Positions 1 to 10,790 of a stretch of 64,000 nucleotides of DNA are shown here, in pieces (within the stretch, counting starts at the first letter, position 1; each line of letters starts with the position of its first letter). Below the pieces are notes generated by a model that was not told the origin of the DNA, did no database searches, and saw only the letters and a program-made list of their open reading frames with translations. Source of the DNA: a bacterium (GTDB taxonomy: Bacteria > UBA8248); NCBI GenBank assembly GCA_965219955.1, contig OZ244799.1, positions 1,280,001-1,344,000 on the forward strand, read 5' to 3'. The position numbers and the translations under genes were made by a program.

Positions 1-936
1 ATGGGCCTGGGAGGCGAGGGTGGCGCCGCCATGCTGCCGTACATCGAAAACGAGTTGGCTCCATTGGCGATAGGGCAGGACGCACTGGCCCCCGAGGCGC
101 TTTGGAACCGCATGTGGGCGCCGAACAAGGCGAGGATGCGAGGCGGCTTGGGTTTATATTCTCTCTCTGCAGTGGACATCGCGTGTTGGGATATCGTAGC
201 GAAAACAGCCGGCCTGCCGCTCAATCGCCTGCTGGGCGGGTTCCGCCAGAAAATGCCGGTCTACGGCAGCGGCGGCTGGCATACGCTCCCGGATTCGGAA
301 CTTCTCGAAGAAGCCCAGGAGGCCGCCTCGCTCGGCATGAGCGGCTACAAACTCAAAATCGGCACGCCGCGCGACGCAGAACGCCTCGAATACCTCCGCA
401 AGAATATGGGAGAGGATTTCATTCTCTTTTGCGATGCGAACCAGAACTACAACGTGCGCGAGGCGGTGGAAGTTTCATCCATGCTGGCGGAATACGCCGT
501 TGCCTGGTTCGAAGAACCCGTGCTGGCCGATTGCGTCGATGACCTCGCGGAGGTGGCGGAGAAGAGCATGGTGCCTACCGCGGCGGGCGAGAACGCCTAC
601 ATGCGCTGGGGGTTCCGGGAAATATGCGAGCGCCGCGCGGTGGGCTTTTTGCAGCCCGATGTTTGCCGCTGCGGCGGGGTGACGGAATTCATCAAAATTG
701 CGCATCTGGCCGATGCCTTCAACATTTCCCTGAGCAGCCATCTGGCCCATGAATTGTCGGTCAGCCTCGTGGGCGCAACACCCAGAGGCTATATGGTCGA
801 ACACATGGAGTTTTTCTCTCCCGGTGATTTCACGCAGGATTTTTCGGTGCGCGATGGACACATCGATGTCCCCGACGCGCCCGGGCACGGCGTGGAATTC
901 ACAACGGACGCGCTTGAACGCTACAAGGCTTCCTGA
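1..936 (+). CDS. Mandelate racemase/muconate lactonizing enzyme family (enolase superfamily), probably 5'-truncated by window edge
   Basis: SAVDIACWD, KLKIG, metal ligands D(AN), E(EP), GE(N), QPD and HL motifs. Confidence 0.88.
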   Translation: MGLGGEGGAAMLPYIENELAPLAIGQDALAPEALWNRMWAPNKARMRGGLGLYSLSAVDIACWDIVAKTAGLPLNRLLGGFRQKMPVYGSGGWHTLPDSELLEEAQEAASLGMSGYKLKIGTPRDAERLEYLRKNMGEDFILFCDANQNYNVREAVEVSSMLAEYAVAWFEEPVLADCVDDLAEVAEKSMVPTAAGENAYMRWGFREICERRAVGFLQPDVCRCGGVTEFIKIAHLADAFNISLSSHLAHELSVSLVGATPRGYMVEHMEFFSPGDFTQDFSVRDGHIDVPDAPGHGVEFTTDALERYKAS

Positions 937-970
937 ATTTCCAAGAATCATCCATGGCTAGGAGATGCGA

Positions 971-1897
971 ATGAAACTATTGTCATACAATTACAGAGGT
1001 CTTGAGAGGGTCGGCGTTTATGTGGGCAGTAGAATCGCTCACTTATCGCGTCTGGCCGGCATTTTGGGCAAGAGAGAACTCGCGTTCGGCAGTATGATTG
1101 AACTCATCAATTCCTGGGAAACGCATGGACCTGCGCTTCATGAGTTGATCGCTCAGGCGGAGGCGAATGAGGAAGATTTGACTCCCATCCTCATGGCGCC
1201 CGAGGATGTTCATCACATATCCCCGATTCCTCATCCACCCAAGCACGTTCTTTGCATGGGCCTCAACTACCAGGACCATGTAAATGAGGGCCTGCAAGCA
1301 AGGGATGTGCAGACGACAAAGGTTGAACTCGACCATCCGATCTTTTTCACTAAAGCCCAGAGCACCCTTATAGGACACAACGAAGGCATACCGGCACACC
1401 GGGTGACGGAAAAACTCGACTATGAAGCTGAAATCGCCGTCATCATCGGCAAAAAAGGAAAAAATATCCCCAAGGATGAAGTTTATGGGCACGTCTTCGG
1501 CTATTGCTGCGCCAACGACATCTCCGCAAGGGATATTCAAAGGCGTCACAAGCAGATTTTCAAGGGCAAAACCCTCGATGGCACATGTCCGCTCGGCCCA
1601 TACATCGTTCCCAAAGAGGACTATGGCGACCCGATGAACCAGACCGTAAAGAGCTGGGTGAACGGCGAAGCGCGCCAGGACTCAAACACGAACATGATGA
1701 TTCACGATATTCCGTCGATGATCTCGGTGCTTTCAGAAGGTTTCACCCTGGAGCCGGGCGATATCTTCTTGACGGGTACGCCTTCGGGTGTGGGATACGC
1801 TCGAGAAACACCCTCGTTTCTAACGCCGGGCGATGTGGTGGAAGTGGAAATCGGTGGACTCGGCCGATTGCGCAACGTGATTATAGAAGCTGACTAG
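971..1897 (+). CDS. Fumarylacetoacetate hydrolase family protein
   Basis: GLNY..H, FFTK, DYEAE, NDISARD, KGK, LTGTPSGVG motifs; AGGAG RBS at 960-964 favours ATG 971 over 965. Confidence 0.92.
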   Translation: MKLLSYNYRGLERVGVYVGSRIAHLSRLAGILGKRELAFGSMIELINSWETHGPALHELIAQAEANEEDLTPILMAPEDVHHISPIPHPPKHVLCMGLNYQDHVNEGLQARDVQTTKVELDHPIFFTKAQSTLIGHNEGIPAHRVTEKLDYEAEIAVIIGKKGKNIPKDEVYGHVFGYCCANDISARDIQRRHKQIFKGKTLDGTCPLGPYIVPKEDYGDPMNQTVKSWVNGEARQDSNTNMMIHDIPSMISVLSEGFTLEPGDIFLTGTPSGVGYARETPSFLTPGDVVEVEIGGLGRLRNVIIEAD

Positions 1898-1931
1898 TGG
1901 ATTGTGACGTTATACCTGGGGAGAACGATTG

Positions 1932-2327
1932 ATGACCGAAGAATTTTATCCACCGGCGATTCGCCGCGGGGATACGCAATACGGAGAAGGTTACACGGAA
2001 AAACTGTTTGGCAGGCTGAATAAGCTCGACCCTGATTTCTCCATGTTGTTCCAGCGATTCGTTCACGGGGGGCTGTACGATCGCGATGTTCTTCCGCACA
2101 AGACCAGAGAGTTTTGCGCACTCGCCGCCTTGTGCGTTACGGGACGATTCAACCAGATGCGCTCCCATTTCACGGCCGCGCGAAGTTACGGTGCGACGGA
2201 TAAAGAAATCATGGAGGTGATTTTTCAGATGTCGCCATACAGCGGAGTCCCCGCTGTTTTAGAGAGCCTTCAGGTATTCGAGGATTGGCTGGAAGCAGGA
2301 GGGGCCATGACGGGGTATGGAAAATAG
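1932..2327 (+). CDS. Carboxymuconolactone decarboxylase family protein
   Basis: GGLYDR..L..KTRE, EI.EVIFQMSPYSG.P pattern; about 130 aa. Confidence 0.85.
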   Translation: MTEEFYPPAIRRGDTQYGEGYTEKLFGRLNKLDPDFSMLFQRFVHGGLYDRDVLPHKTREFCALAALCVTGRFNQMRSHFTAARSYGATDKEIMEVIFQMSPYSGVPAVLESLQVFEDWLEAGGAMTGYGK

Positions 2328-2330
2328 GCG

Positions 2331-3161
2331 ATGTCTTCCCCACCGGCAAGAGAACGCGGCCTTAAAGGCAAGGTGGCGCTCATCACCGGCGCCGGAGGTG
2401 GAATAGGTCGCGGCATCGCCCGGTGCCTGGCGGAAGAGGGTGTCCATTTGGCATTGGCCGACATCTCAAAATCCGGCGCCGAGGCGGCCGCGGAAGAAAT
2501 GGGAAAATTCGATATTAACGCCATTCCCTATACGCTCGATGTGACGGACAAGAGTCAATGCGAAGACGTCGTAGACGCGGTCAACAAGAAATTCAGCAGT
2601 TTGGACATTGTGGTCAACAATGCCGGCGTCATTGGCGGAGCGGATTTCAAGCTGGGCATGCCTCTTTCCGACATCAATGAAGATGATTGGGACGACACGT
2701 ATAACGTCAACGTAAAAGGTGTTTTTCTATTGTGCCAAGCCTCGCTTGAGAAGATGAAGGGAAAGGGCTGGGGCCGCATCATCAACATTTCTTCACGCGC
2801 CGGGCGTGATGGCCGCGAAACCATACCGCATTACAGCGCGAGCAAAGCAGCAGTCATTATTTTCACCCAGGCACTTGCACGTGAAGTAGCGCGAGAAGGC
2901 ATTACGGTGAACGCCGTCTGTCCAGGTCTGATTTGGAGCGCAATGTGGCAGCAAATAGCTGAAAAACTCAGAGAAAAATTCCCAAACTTCAAAGGGAAAA
3001 CAACGAGGGAGATTTTCGATTATTTTGTCGAACAAACACCGTTAGGAGTCGAGCAATCGACCGAAGATATCGGGCGAGTGGTCGCCTTTTTAGCGAGCGA
3101 TGATGCAAAAACTATTACAGGTCAAGCCATCCTGGTCGATTCAGGAGCTGTAATGCACTAA
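2331..3161 (+). CDS. SDR family NAD(P)-dependent oxidoreductase
   Basis: TGAGGGIG, NNAG, YSASK motifs. Confidence 0.93.
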   Translation: MSSPPARERGLKGKVALITGAGGGIGRGIARCLAEEGVHLALADISKSGAEAAAEEMGKFDINAIPYTLDVTDKSQCEDVVDAVNKKFSSLDIVVNNAGVIGGADFKLGMPLSDINEDDWDDTYNVNVKGVFLLCQASLEKMKGKGWGRIINISSRAGRDGRETIPHYSASKAAVIIFTQALAREVAREGITVNAVCPGLIWSAMWQQIAEKLREKFPNFKGKTTREIFDYFVEQTPLGVEQSTEDIGRVVAFLASDDAKTITGQAILVDSGAVMH

Positions 3162-3325
3162 TTGGGCTAACGTGAATCAAGTGGCGTTGTCGTTCGTAAT
3201 ATTTCATTTGACTTGTCTCCGCAGCCTTGATAATTTGTTATATCTATTACAGGTGTCTAACTGGGAAAACACTTGCTTCCATTTGTGAAATAAGCATTTC
3301 AGCAAGTTCCTGGGAGGTGTACTCC

Positions 3326-4231
3326 ATGGGGAAGAAGTACACCATCGTGATGATACCGAGCAACTCTAGCGGCACCCGGCGCTTTAGTATCACGCGGGGA
3401 ATGCTAAGCCTGTTGCTTATCGGTTTTTGCTCTATCATCGGAGCGACGCTTTACCTGACACAAGAGAGAATTTCACTAAAGAAGCATTTGGCCAAACTCT
3501 CCCCCCTGAAACAACAAAACCAGACACAAAAAGAACTTATCGAAAAATTTACCGCCAAACTTCAATCCCTGGATAACAACCTGATACAAATCAAACAACT
3601 TGAAGACCAGCTTCGAATCATGGCCTCTTTGAAGCCGGGCAACCGAAATGACGACCTGGGTGTAGGGGGTGTTTCAAAACAAACGTTGCCTGACGACTTG
3701 GAAAAACTCACCCCCTCTGAGCAAAGGTTCATACGGAGACTAAATCGTCAATTCCAGGACATTGAAAGGCGCACCACCGAGCAGGAAAGCGCGTTCAAGG
3801 AACTATTGAGCGCGTTCCGCGACAAAAGCGTATTGCTTGCTCACACACCCTCAATATGGCCTGTCAAGGGCTGGCTCTCCTCCAGCTTTGGTTACAGGCG
3901 CTCCCCGTTTACGAATCGGCGAGAATTTCATGCAGGAATCGATGTTGTCGCAAGGGTAGGAACCCCTATATTCGCCCCGGCGGATGGTGTCGTCATTAAC
4001 AACAAGAGAATAGGAGGATTCGGGAAAACTGTTCGAATCCAGCACATGCAGGGCATTGTTACAACATTTGCTCATAATAGCGTGAATATGGTGAAAGTCG
4101 GTCAGCGTGTAAGGCGAGGTGACATTATTGCCAAAGTCGGTTCCACAGGCAGATCCACCGGCCCCCATCTTCACTATGAAGTCAGGATAAACGGAGTCGC
4201 CGTCAATCCCAGGCTGTATATCGTAGAGTAA
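3326..4231 (+). CDS. M23 family metallopeptidase with N-terminal TM and coiled coil
   Basis: HAGID and GPHLHYEV zinc motifs; GGAGG RBS before ATG 3326. Confidence 0.9.
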   Translation: MGKKYTIVMIPSNSSGTRRFSITRGMLSLLLIGFCSIIGATLYLTQERISLKKHLAKLSPLKQQNQTQKELIEKFTAKLQSLDNNLIQIKQLEDQLRIMASLKPGNRNDDLGVGGVSKQTLPDDLEKLTPSEQRFIRRLNRQFQDIERRTTEQESAFKELLSAFRDKSVLLAHTPSIWPVKGWLSSSFGYRRSPFTNRREFHAGIDVVARVGTPIFAPADGVVINNKRIGGFGKTVRIQHMQGIVTTFAHNSVNMVKVGQRVRRGDIIAKVGSTGRSTGPHLHYEVRINGVAVNPRLYIVE

Positions 4232-4339
4232 AAAATACCACCGCCCGCCTGGCATATTTGCTTTTTCTCCCCAAAACACCATGATAGGCTATATTTGCGC
4301 AGCAGGTGATTCGTACGCATGAACCGCATGGAGAGTTGA

Positions 4340-7162
4340 ATGATAGGCTCGGTTTTTGAATCAAGCAAATCGATGTTCAAATCAGTGTTCGGCACGGCGA
4401 ATGACCGAATGCTCAAACAGATGGCCCCGATAATCACGGAGATTAATTCTCATGAATCTCGCGTGAAAGGGATGACCGATTTAGAGATGCGTGAGGAAAC
4501 AGAACGCTTCAAAGAGCGTCTCGCCGCCGGTGAAACATTGGGTGACATTTTACCGGAAGTGTTCGCTTTGGTGCGAGAAGCAGGCTGGCGTCATCTCGAA
4601 ATGCGTCACTTTGATGTTCAACTCATCGGAGGCGCGATTCTCCACAGCGGAAAAATCGCCGAGATGAAAACCGGGGAAGGCAAAACCCTCGTCGCTACTC
4701 TCGCAGCCTATCTGAATGCCTTGGAAGGCAATGGTGTGCATATCGTTACCGTGAACGATTATCTGGCGAGCCGTGATTCTGAATGGATGGGGCGACTCTT
4801 TAGAGCACTCGGCCTCACTGTCGGGTGCATCCAGCATGGCATGGATGACGATGCGCGCCGCCGTGCATATGCCTGCGACATTACATATGGCACCAACAAC
4901 GAATTCGGGTTCGACTATTTGAGAGACAACATGAAATTCGAGCCCGGTAGTCGCGTCATGCGCGAATTGAATTACGCGATCGTGGATGAAGTAGACAGCA
5001 TATTGATTGATGAAGCCAGGACTCCTCTCATCATCAGTGGCCCGGCGGATGAGGCCACACGAATGTATGGAGTTATAAACCGCGTAATACGTCCTCTGCT
5101 CAAAGAACAACAAGGTGTTGTCGAGTCAGATATCGAGGAAGAAGACGATGGTTATGTCGAAGGTGGCAAAGATATTATCAGCAAGAAAAAATACGAATAT
5201 CTGATTGTCGATGAAAAAAGCCGAACGGTGAACCTGAAAGAAGCGGGCGGGCATGAGGCCGAAAAACTTCTCCGCCGCTCCGGCATCATGGCGAATGACC
5301 AAAGTTTGTATGATATGAACAGCATCACGGTGCTTCATCATGTGGAGCAGGCCCTAAAAGCGCACGTCTTGTTTACAAAAGACATTGATTATGTCGTGAA
5401 AGACAACGAGGTTGTTATTGTCGATGAGTTCACAGGGCGCATGATGCCTGGCAGGCGTTTCAGTGACGGTCTGCACCAAGCGCTGGAGGCGAAAGAAGGC
5501 GTCAGGATTCAAGAAGAAAATGTGACTTTGGCGACCATCACGTTCCAGAATTATTTCAGGCTCTACAACAAATTGGCCGGCATGACCGGCACGGCGGATA
5601 CCGAAGCAGCGGAATTCAATTCCACCTACAAGATAGATGTAGCTGTAGTGCCGACGAATCGCGAACTGATTCGAACCGAATTTCCCGACGTGGTGTATCG
5701 CTCTGAGCGGGAAAAGATAGATGCCGTTGTGGATGAGATACTTGAATGCCACAAGAACGGGCAACCGGTACTTGTAGGTACAATAAACATAGAAAAAAGC
5801 GAAAGACTCGCCTCGATTCTCAAAAGAAGACGTATTCCACATCACGTGCTCAATGCAAAAAACCACGGCAAAGAAGCAGAGATCATCGCACAGGCAGGAC
5901 GCAAGGGAGCTGTCACCATTTCCACGAATATGGCTGGTCGTGGAACGGATATCCTCCTTGGCGGCAATCCGGAGTTTCTCGCTTCTTCCAAAACGAATAC
6001 GAATGAAGGCCCCGAGTATGAAGAGGCGTTGAAAGATTTTCGGGCATCTTGCCAAGCTGAGCATGACGAAGTGGTCGAGCAGGGGGGTCTTCATGTATTG
6101 GGCACCGAGCGCCATGAAAGCCGTCGCATCGACAACCAGCTCCGCGGTCGCTCAGGCAGGCAGGGAGACCCCGGGAGTTCGAGGTTCTTTCTTTCTTTGG
6201 AAGACGACCTGTTGCGCATTTTCGGCTCCGACAGAATCAAGGGTTTGATGGAAAAACTAGGGATGGAAGAGGGGGTGCCTATCGAAGCCAAAATGGTGAC
6301 ACGCGCCATCGAAAATGCCCAGAAACGTGTTGAGGCGCATCATTTCGAGATGAGAAAACATCTTCTGGAATACGATGACGTGATGAATAAGCAACGCGAG
6401 GTCATCTATTCGATGAGGCAGGAAATTCTGGAAGCTACAGATGGCCTCGACCAAATCAAAGAGATGGCGTCTACGATACTCGATTCCGTCATCGACTTGC
6501 ATTTGCCCGAGTCGGAACACTTTGAGGATTGGGATATAGAAGCATTCGCGGGCGCCGTTGAAAGCCAATATGGCATCCCCGCAACCATAGAGGGGCAAAA
6601 AATAATTTTTTCGGCTTCTGAACCAATGGTGGTGGATATAGAAGAAGAACCAAGAGACGAGCTTGCCCAAAGGGTTCACCATCTCATACAGAGTGTTATT
6701 GATGAAAAGTATCGTAACTTCGAGCCTGAGAGTATTTTAGAACTCGGCAAACTCATTTATATCCAAATCCTGGATACGCAATGGAAGGATCACCTGACAA
6801 ACATAGAACAACTGAAAGAGGGAATCGGGCTCAGGGGCTATGCGCAGGTGAACCCGCTGAATGAATATAAAAAAGAAGCATTCGATATGTTCGGAATGAT
6901 GACGCAAAAAATTGAAGCAGAAACGGTTCTCTATATGTACCGGCTTGATATCTCGGATCAGGATATCGCACTGGAAGAATCGCGCCATGAACAAGAAATG
7001 GTATTTTCCCATGCGGACGCGTCGGGATTTGGAGATGCTCCCGCCGAAGATGCGATACAGACATCCACCCCCGTAAAGCGCGCCACCCCCAAGGTTGGCC
7101 GTAATGAACCATGTCCCTGCGGCAGCGGCAAGAAATACAAGTTTTGCTGCGGAAGATCATAA
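4340..7162 (+). CDS. secA: Preprotein translocase ATPase SecA
   Basis: [35 protein letters not shown]-terminal [19 protein letters not shown]. Confidence 0.99.
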   Translation: MIGSVFESSKSMFKSVFGTANDRMLKQMAPIITEINSHESRVKGMTDLEMREETERFKERLAAGETLGDILPEVFALVREAGWRHLEMRHFDVQLIGGAILHSGKIAEMKTGEGKTLVATLAAYLNALEGNGVHIVTVNDYLASRDSEWMGRLFRALGLTVGCIQHGMDDDARRRAYACDITYGTNNEFGFDYLRDNMKFEPGSRVMRELNYAIVDEVDSILIDEARTPLIISGPADEATRMYGVINRVIRPLLKEQQGVVESDIEEEDDGYVEGGKDIISKKKYEYLIVDEKSRTVNLKEAGGHEAEKLLRRSGIMANDQSLYDMNSITVLHHVEQALKAHVLFTKDIDYVVKDNEVVIVDEFTGRMMPGRRFSDGLHQALEAKEGVRIQEENVTLATITFQNYFRLYNKLAGMTGTADTEAAEFNSTYKIDVAVVPTNRELIRTEFPDVVYRSEREKIDAVVDEILECHKNGQPVLVGTINIEKSERLASILKRRRIPHHVLNAKNHGKEAEIIAQAGRKGAVTISTNMAGRGTDILLGGNPEFLASSKTNTNEGPEYEEALKDFRASCQAEHDEVVEQGGLHVLGTERHESRRIDNQLRGRSGRQGDPGSSRFFLSLEDDLLRIFGSDRIKGLMEKLGMEEGVPIEAKMVTRAIENAQKRVEAHHFEMRKHLLEYDDVMNKQREVIYSMRQEILEATDGLDQIKEMASTILDSVIDLHLPESEHFEDWDIEAFAGAVESQYGIPATIEGQKIIFSASEPMVVDIEEEPRDELAQRVHHLIQSVIDEKYRNFEPESILELGKLIYIQILDTQWKDHLTNIEQLKEGIGLRGYAQVNPLNEYKKEAFDMFGMMTQKIEAETVLYMYRLDISDQDIALEESRHEQEMVFSHADASGFGDAPAEDAIQTSTPVKRATPKVGRNEPCPCGSGKKYKFCCGRS

Positions 7163-7273
7163 CACCATATTTCTCTGAGATGACGTTCTGAGAATATTCC
7201 GATTCGGGGAATTGTACGTTATCTTGCCTCAGCTCAAAATGAAATGTTCCCCCTTTATCAGGAAGGTATGAAA

Positions 7274-8290
7274 ATGCAATTCGGCATCATGCTTAGAGGT
7301 CAATTCACCCTGGATGATGATATGCAGTCTCGTTTCCGTGAATTGATGGAACAAGCCAGAAGGGCGCAAGACTTAGGGTTCGCATCAATCACCAAAGGAA
7401 ACCACTACAGCGCGTATCCACTTCAGGATTTCCAGCAATTGCCTTTTCTCGCTCGTATCAGCGCCGAAGCACCAAAACTGCGTCTCAACGCCGGCATCGT
7501 CCTGTTGTCGCTTCACAAACCAATGGATATGGCTGAGCAACTGGCTACGATTGACGTAATTTCCGGGGGGAAACTTATATTCGGCGCCGGACTCGGCTAC
7601 CGAGAGGTGGAATTCAGGGGATTCGGCACAACCCAGAAGGAAAGGGTCAAGCGACTCGAGGAGAACCTGGAGGCTATCAAACGACTTTGGTCGGAAGATA
7701 AAGTATCGATGAAAGGCTCCCACTTTGAGTTGATCGAGGCATCGTGTCCACTGAAGCCCATTCAGAGCCCACACCCTCCAATTTGGATCGGAGCAAACAG
7801 TGACCCCGGAATACGCCGCGCAGCCAGACTGGGAGACTGTTATTACGTAAACCCTCACAATCGCCTCGACACGACAAAGCGCCAGATCGAGTTGTATCGC
7901 CGGACACTCGATGAACTCGGCAAACCCTTTCCTGAGGAATTCCCGATGCGCCGGGAGGTGTTTGTCGCAAAAGATCGTTCCGAAGCCATTCGGCTCAGCA
8001 GGCCATTCCTCGAGATAAAATATCGTGAATACCACCGTTGGGGCCAAGACAAAGCCATGCCCAAAGGAGATGACGATCTGGGGCAGCAGTTCGATGATTT
8101 ATTGGAGGACAGGTTCATCCTCGGCTCGCCGGACGAAGTGGCGGCAAGCATATTGGAACTGGCGGATCTCGGCATAAATCACCTCATCATGAGCATTCAA
8201 TGGCCGGGGATGCCTCAATCCCTCGTTTTGGAGACGATGCAGATGATGGCTGAAGAAGTGTTTCCAAAAGTTCTGCAAGGAGTGAAGTGA
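7274..8290 (+). CDS. LLM class flavin-dependent oxidoreductase
   Basis: AEQLATIDVISGG..IFGAGLGY, PHPPIWIGA..RRAARLGD; start may be 7268. Confidence 0.9.
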   Translation: MQFGIMLRGQFTLDDDMQSRFRELMEQARRAQDLGFASITKGNHYSAYPLQDFQQLPFLARISAEAPKLRLNAGIVLLSLHKPMDMAEQLATIDVISGGKLIFGAGLGYREVEFRGFGTTQKERVKRLEENLEAIKRLWSEDKVSMKGSHFELIEASCPLKPIQSPHPPIWIGANSDPGIRRAARLGDCYYVNPHNRLDTTKRQIELYRRTLDELGKPFPEEFPMRREVFVAKDRSEAIRLSRPFLEIKYREYHRWGQDKAMPKGDDDLGQQFDDLLEDRFILGSPDEVAASILELADLGINHLIMSIQWPGMPQSLVLETMQMMAEEVFPKVLQGVK

Positions 8291-8291
8291 C

Positions 8292-9728
8292 GTGTCATCG
8301 ACGCCTAATGAAGCAATGTGTCAATTTTCCCGTGATCTGGAATTTGCTGACATCCCTCCCGAGGTGGTTCATCAGGCAAAACTCTTGATACTTGATTTTT
8401 GGGGGATTGCCCTGGCAGCTTGCTCCATGGAAATTGACAAGCCCTTGCGGGTCATGATGAACGCCATCACCGGGAGAATTCCGGGCCTCCAAAAGACCTC
8501 TTATGAATTAGGGCCTTGCAGCGCCATCGCAGAAAAAAATCGAATGCCCGAGCCCAATGCTGCTTTTTTGAACGGTGCGCTGGGTCATTCCCTCGATTTT
8601 GACGACACGCATGCGAAGTCGATCATTCACACTGCGGCGCCTGTCGTGCCAGCGGCTTTCGCAGGAGCGGAAGCGTTCCAGAAAACAGGACCAGATATGA
8701 TTCGAGCCTGCGTGGCCGGGTTCGAATCTGAAATCAGAATCGGGTTGGCCGCTCCTGGCAAATTCCACGCCCGGGGTTTCCACATGACCGCCATAGCCGG
8801 CACTTTCGGTGCCGCCATAGCCTATGCGCTTCAAAGCGGCTTGAGCAGTGAAAGAATGAACTGGGCTCTTGGCATTTGCGGAAGCATGGCTGCCGGGCTC
8901 TTTGAATATCTGGAAAACGGGAGCCCCGTAAAAGCGCTCCATCCCGGTTGGGCGGCTCATGGCGGTATTTGTTCGACAATTCTTGCAGAAAATGATTTCG
9001 CTGGTCCACAAACAGTATTTGAGGGCAGATTCGGCTTGCTCAAGAGCCATCTTGGCGATGATGAATTCGAGGCCGAAGCACTCACGCGGGGCTTGGGTGA
9101 AACTTGGGAAACCTTGGCTATTGGCTTCAAGCCCTATCCTTGCGGCCATGTAATTCATGCGTTTTTAGATGCCGGACTACGCCTCAAGGAACGTGAGCAA
9201 ATACCGCACACCAAAATCAAAGGCATTATTTGCCATGCTGCCAAGGGAGCAATCGACCTGGTGCTCGACCCAATCGAAGTAAAGCGAAAACCCAGGGGTG
9301 AATACGATGCAAAATTCTCTTTGCCGTATTGTCTGGCAAGTATTTTCGTGAAGGGCAAGTGTGGCGTAGATGATTTCGAAAAAAGCGCAATAGAAGACTC
9401 CAGGGTCCTGACCCTGGCGGATAAAGTCTCTTACGTCCAGGATGACACACAGGATTTTCCGAGGTACTTCCCTGGCGTCGTTGAAGTTCGCCTTGATGAT
9501 GGAAGCACTTTTGTCGAGGAGGAAAAACACCAGAGAGGGTGCGCTGAAAATCCATTCACCGATGAAGATGTCTTTGAGAAATTCAAGGATAACGCCCGGC
9601 GCAGTCTGTCGCCTGGAGAGGCAGAAGATTTGATGTCGATGGTGATGACTCTTGAGAGTTTGGAAAACGTGAACGCTATAGGAGAAATCCTACGAAGTGC
9701 AGCTAGTCATCGAGTGGATCTTCAATAA
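8292..9728 (+). CDS. MmgE/PrpD family protein
   Basis: AAFLNG..GH.LDFDDTH, GFH.T, FKPYPCGH; convergent overlap with the downstream gene. Confidence 0.92.
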   Translation: MSSTPNEAMCQFSRDLEFADIPPEVVHQAKLLILDFWGIALAACSMEIDKPLRVMMNAITGRIPGLQKTSYELGPCSAIAEKNRMPEPNAAFLNGALGHSLDFDDTHAKSIIHTAAPVVPAAFAGAEAFQKTGPDMIRACVAGFESEIRIGLAAPGKFHARGFHMTAIAGTFGAAIAYALQSGLSSERMNWALGICGSMAAGLFEYLENGSPVKALHPGWAAHGGICSTILAENDFAGPQTVFEGRFGLLKSHLGDDEFEAEALTRGLGETWETLAIGFKPYPCGHVIHAFLDAGLRLKEREQIPHTKIKGIICHAAKGAIDLVLDPIEVKRKPRGEYDAKFSLPYCLASIFVKGKCGVDDFEKSAIEDSRVLTLADKVSYVQDDTQDFPRYFPGVVEVRLDDGSTFVEEEKHQRGCAENPFTDEDVFEKFKDNARRSLSPGEAEDLMSMVMTLESLENVNAIGEILRSAASHRVDLQ

Positions 9729-10776
9729 CCGTCACAAAATCCGGCATAATACGGAATCTGATCTCTTCTCCTTCATCCACTCTCAAATTAGGGTGTACGC
9801 GCATTTTCAACCGATGCCCCTTGCCGATTTCATCGATGATTTCGACTTCCAGCAGGATCGATTGTCCCACATAGCGAATCGTGCAAATCTTTGCCGCAAA
9901 GGGGCCGTTCGGGTCGATTTCAAAACTCTCAGGCCTCACGGAGATAAAAGCGTCCGTGCCGAATTCAAGGTCACGCATGGAGAGGCATGGCACTGGCCCG
10001 ATGCTCGTCATCACCTCATCATAACCAGTCGATAAAACAATCCCTTGTAAAATATTTGTCTGTCCGACAAAACGGGCAGCGAATTCCGTGGCGGGGAACT
10101 GGTAAATTTCACGGGGCGACCCGCCTTGCTCGACTTTTCCGTTTCGCATGATCAAAATATGGTCGGCCATATACATCGCTTCCTGCGGATCGTGCGTAAC
10201 CATCAGCGTGGTAACGCCCATTTGCTTGATCAACCTCAGCGTATCCTCGCGCACTTGAGCTCGCAGGCTGATGTCGAGCCCGGTAAATGGTTCATCCAAA
10301 AGCAGAAGCCGGGGGAGAGGCGCCAATGCCCGGAGCAGGGCAACGCGCTGCTGCTGGCCGCCTGACAAAGTGTGCGGGTAGGCATCTGTCAAATCTACGA
10401 TGTCCATTTGGATCATGGCTCTTTGTATTTCAGCCAGTTTTTCCGGTGAAGGCTCATTGAGTCCGAAAGTGATGTTCTGCAAAACATTCAGGTGAGGGAA
10501 TAGGGCATAATCCTGGAACATGAACCCCACGTTCCTCTTTTCCGGCAGTGCTTCAATTCCACTTGCAGGTTCCGAAAGGACCTTTTCGTCAAGATGGATC
10601 CTCCCGGACTGCAGCGAAGTCAGTCCGGCCACCAAACGCAACAGTGTCGTCTTCCCGCATCCAGAAGGCCCCAACAGACAAGCCACTTGACCCTCTTCGA
10701 CCGTCAAGGACAAATTCTCGATGACTTCTTTGGTTCCATATGCATGCGAGATATTTTCAATATCGAGCTTGGCCAT
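9703..10776 (-). CDS. Fe(III) ABC transporter ATP-binding protein (FbpC-like)
   Basis: GPSGCGKT, LSGGQQQR, LLLDEPF, TOBE-like tail; operon context. Confidence 0.9.
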   Translation of the reverse strand: MAKLDIENISHAYGTKEVIENLSLTVEEGQVACLLGPSGCGKTTLLRLVAGLTSLQSGRIHLDEKVLSEPASGIEALPEKRNVGFMFQDYALFPHLNVLQNITFGLNEPSPEKLAEIQRAMIQMDIVDLTDAYPHTLSGGQQQRVALLRALAPLPRLLLLDEPFTGLDISLRAQVREDTLRLIKQMGVTTLMVTHDPQEAMYMADHILIMRNGKVEQGGSPREIYQFPATEFAARFVGQTNILQGIVLSTGYDEVMTSIGPVPCLSMRDLEFGTDAFISVRPESFEIDPNGPFAAKICTIRYVGQSILLEVEIIDEIGKGHRLKMRVHPNLRVDEGEEIRFRIMPDFVTVIEDPLDD

Positions 10777-10790
10777 TTAGAGCGTGGTCC

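Noticed and set aside
5100-5200. Acidic insertion in SecA as an intein or novel domain
   Set aside because: It is short, lies in a loop that varies among SecA proteins, and has no intein terminal motifs.
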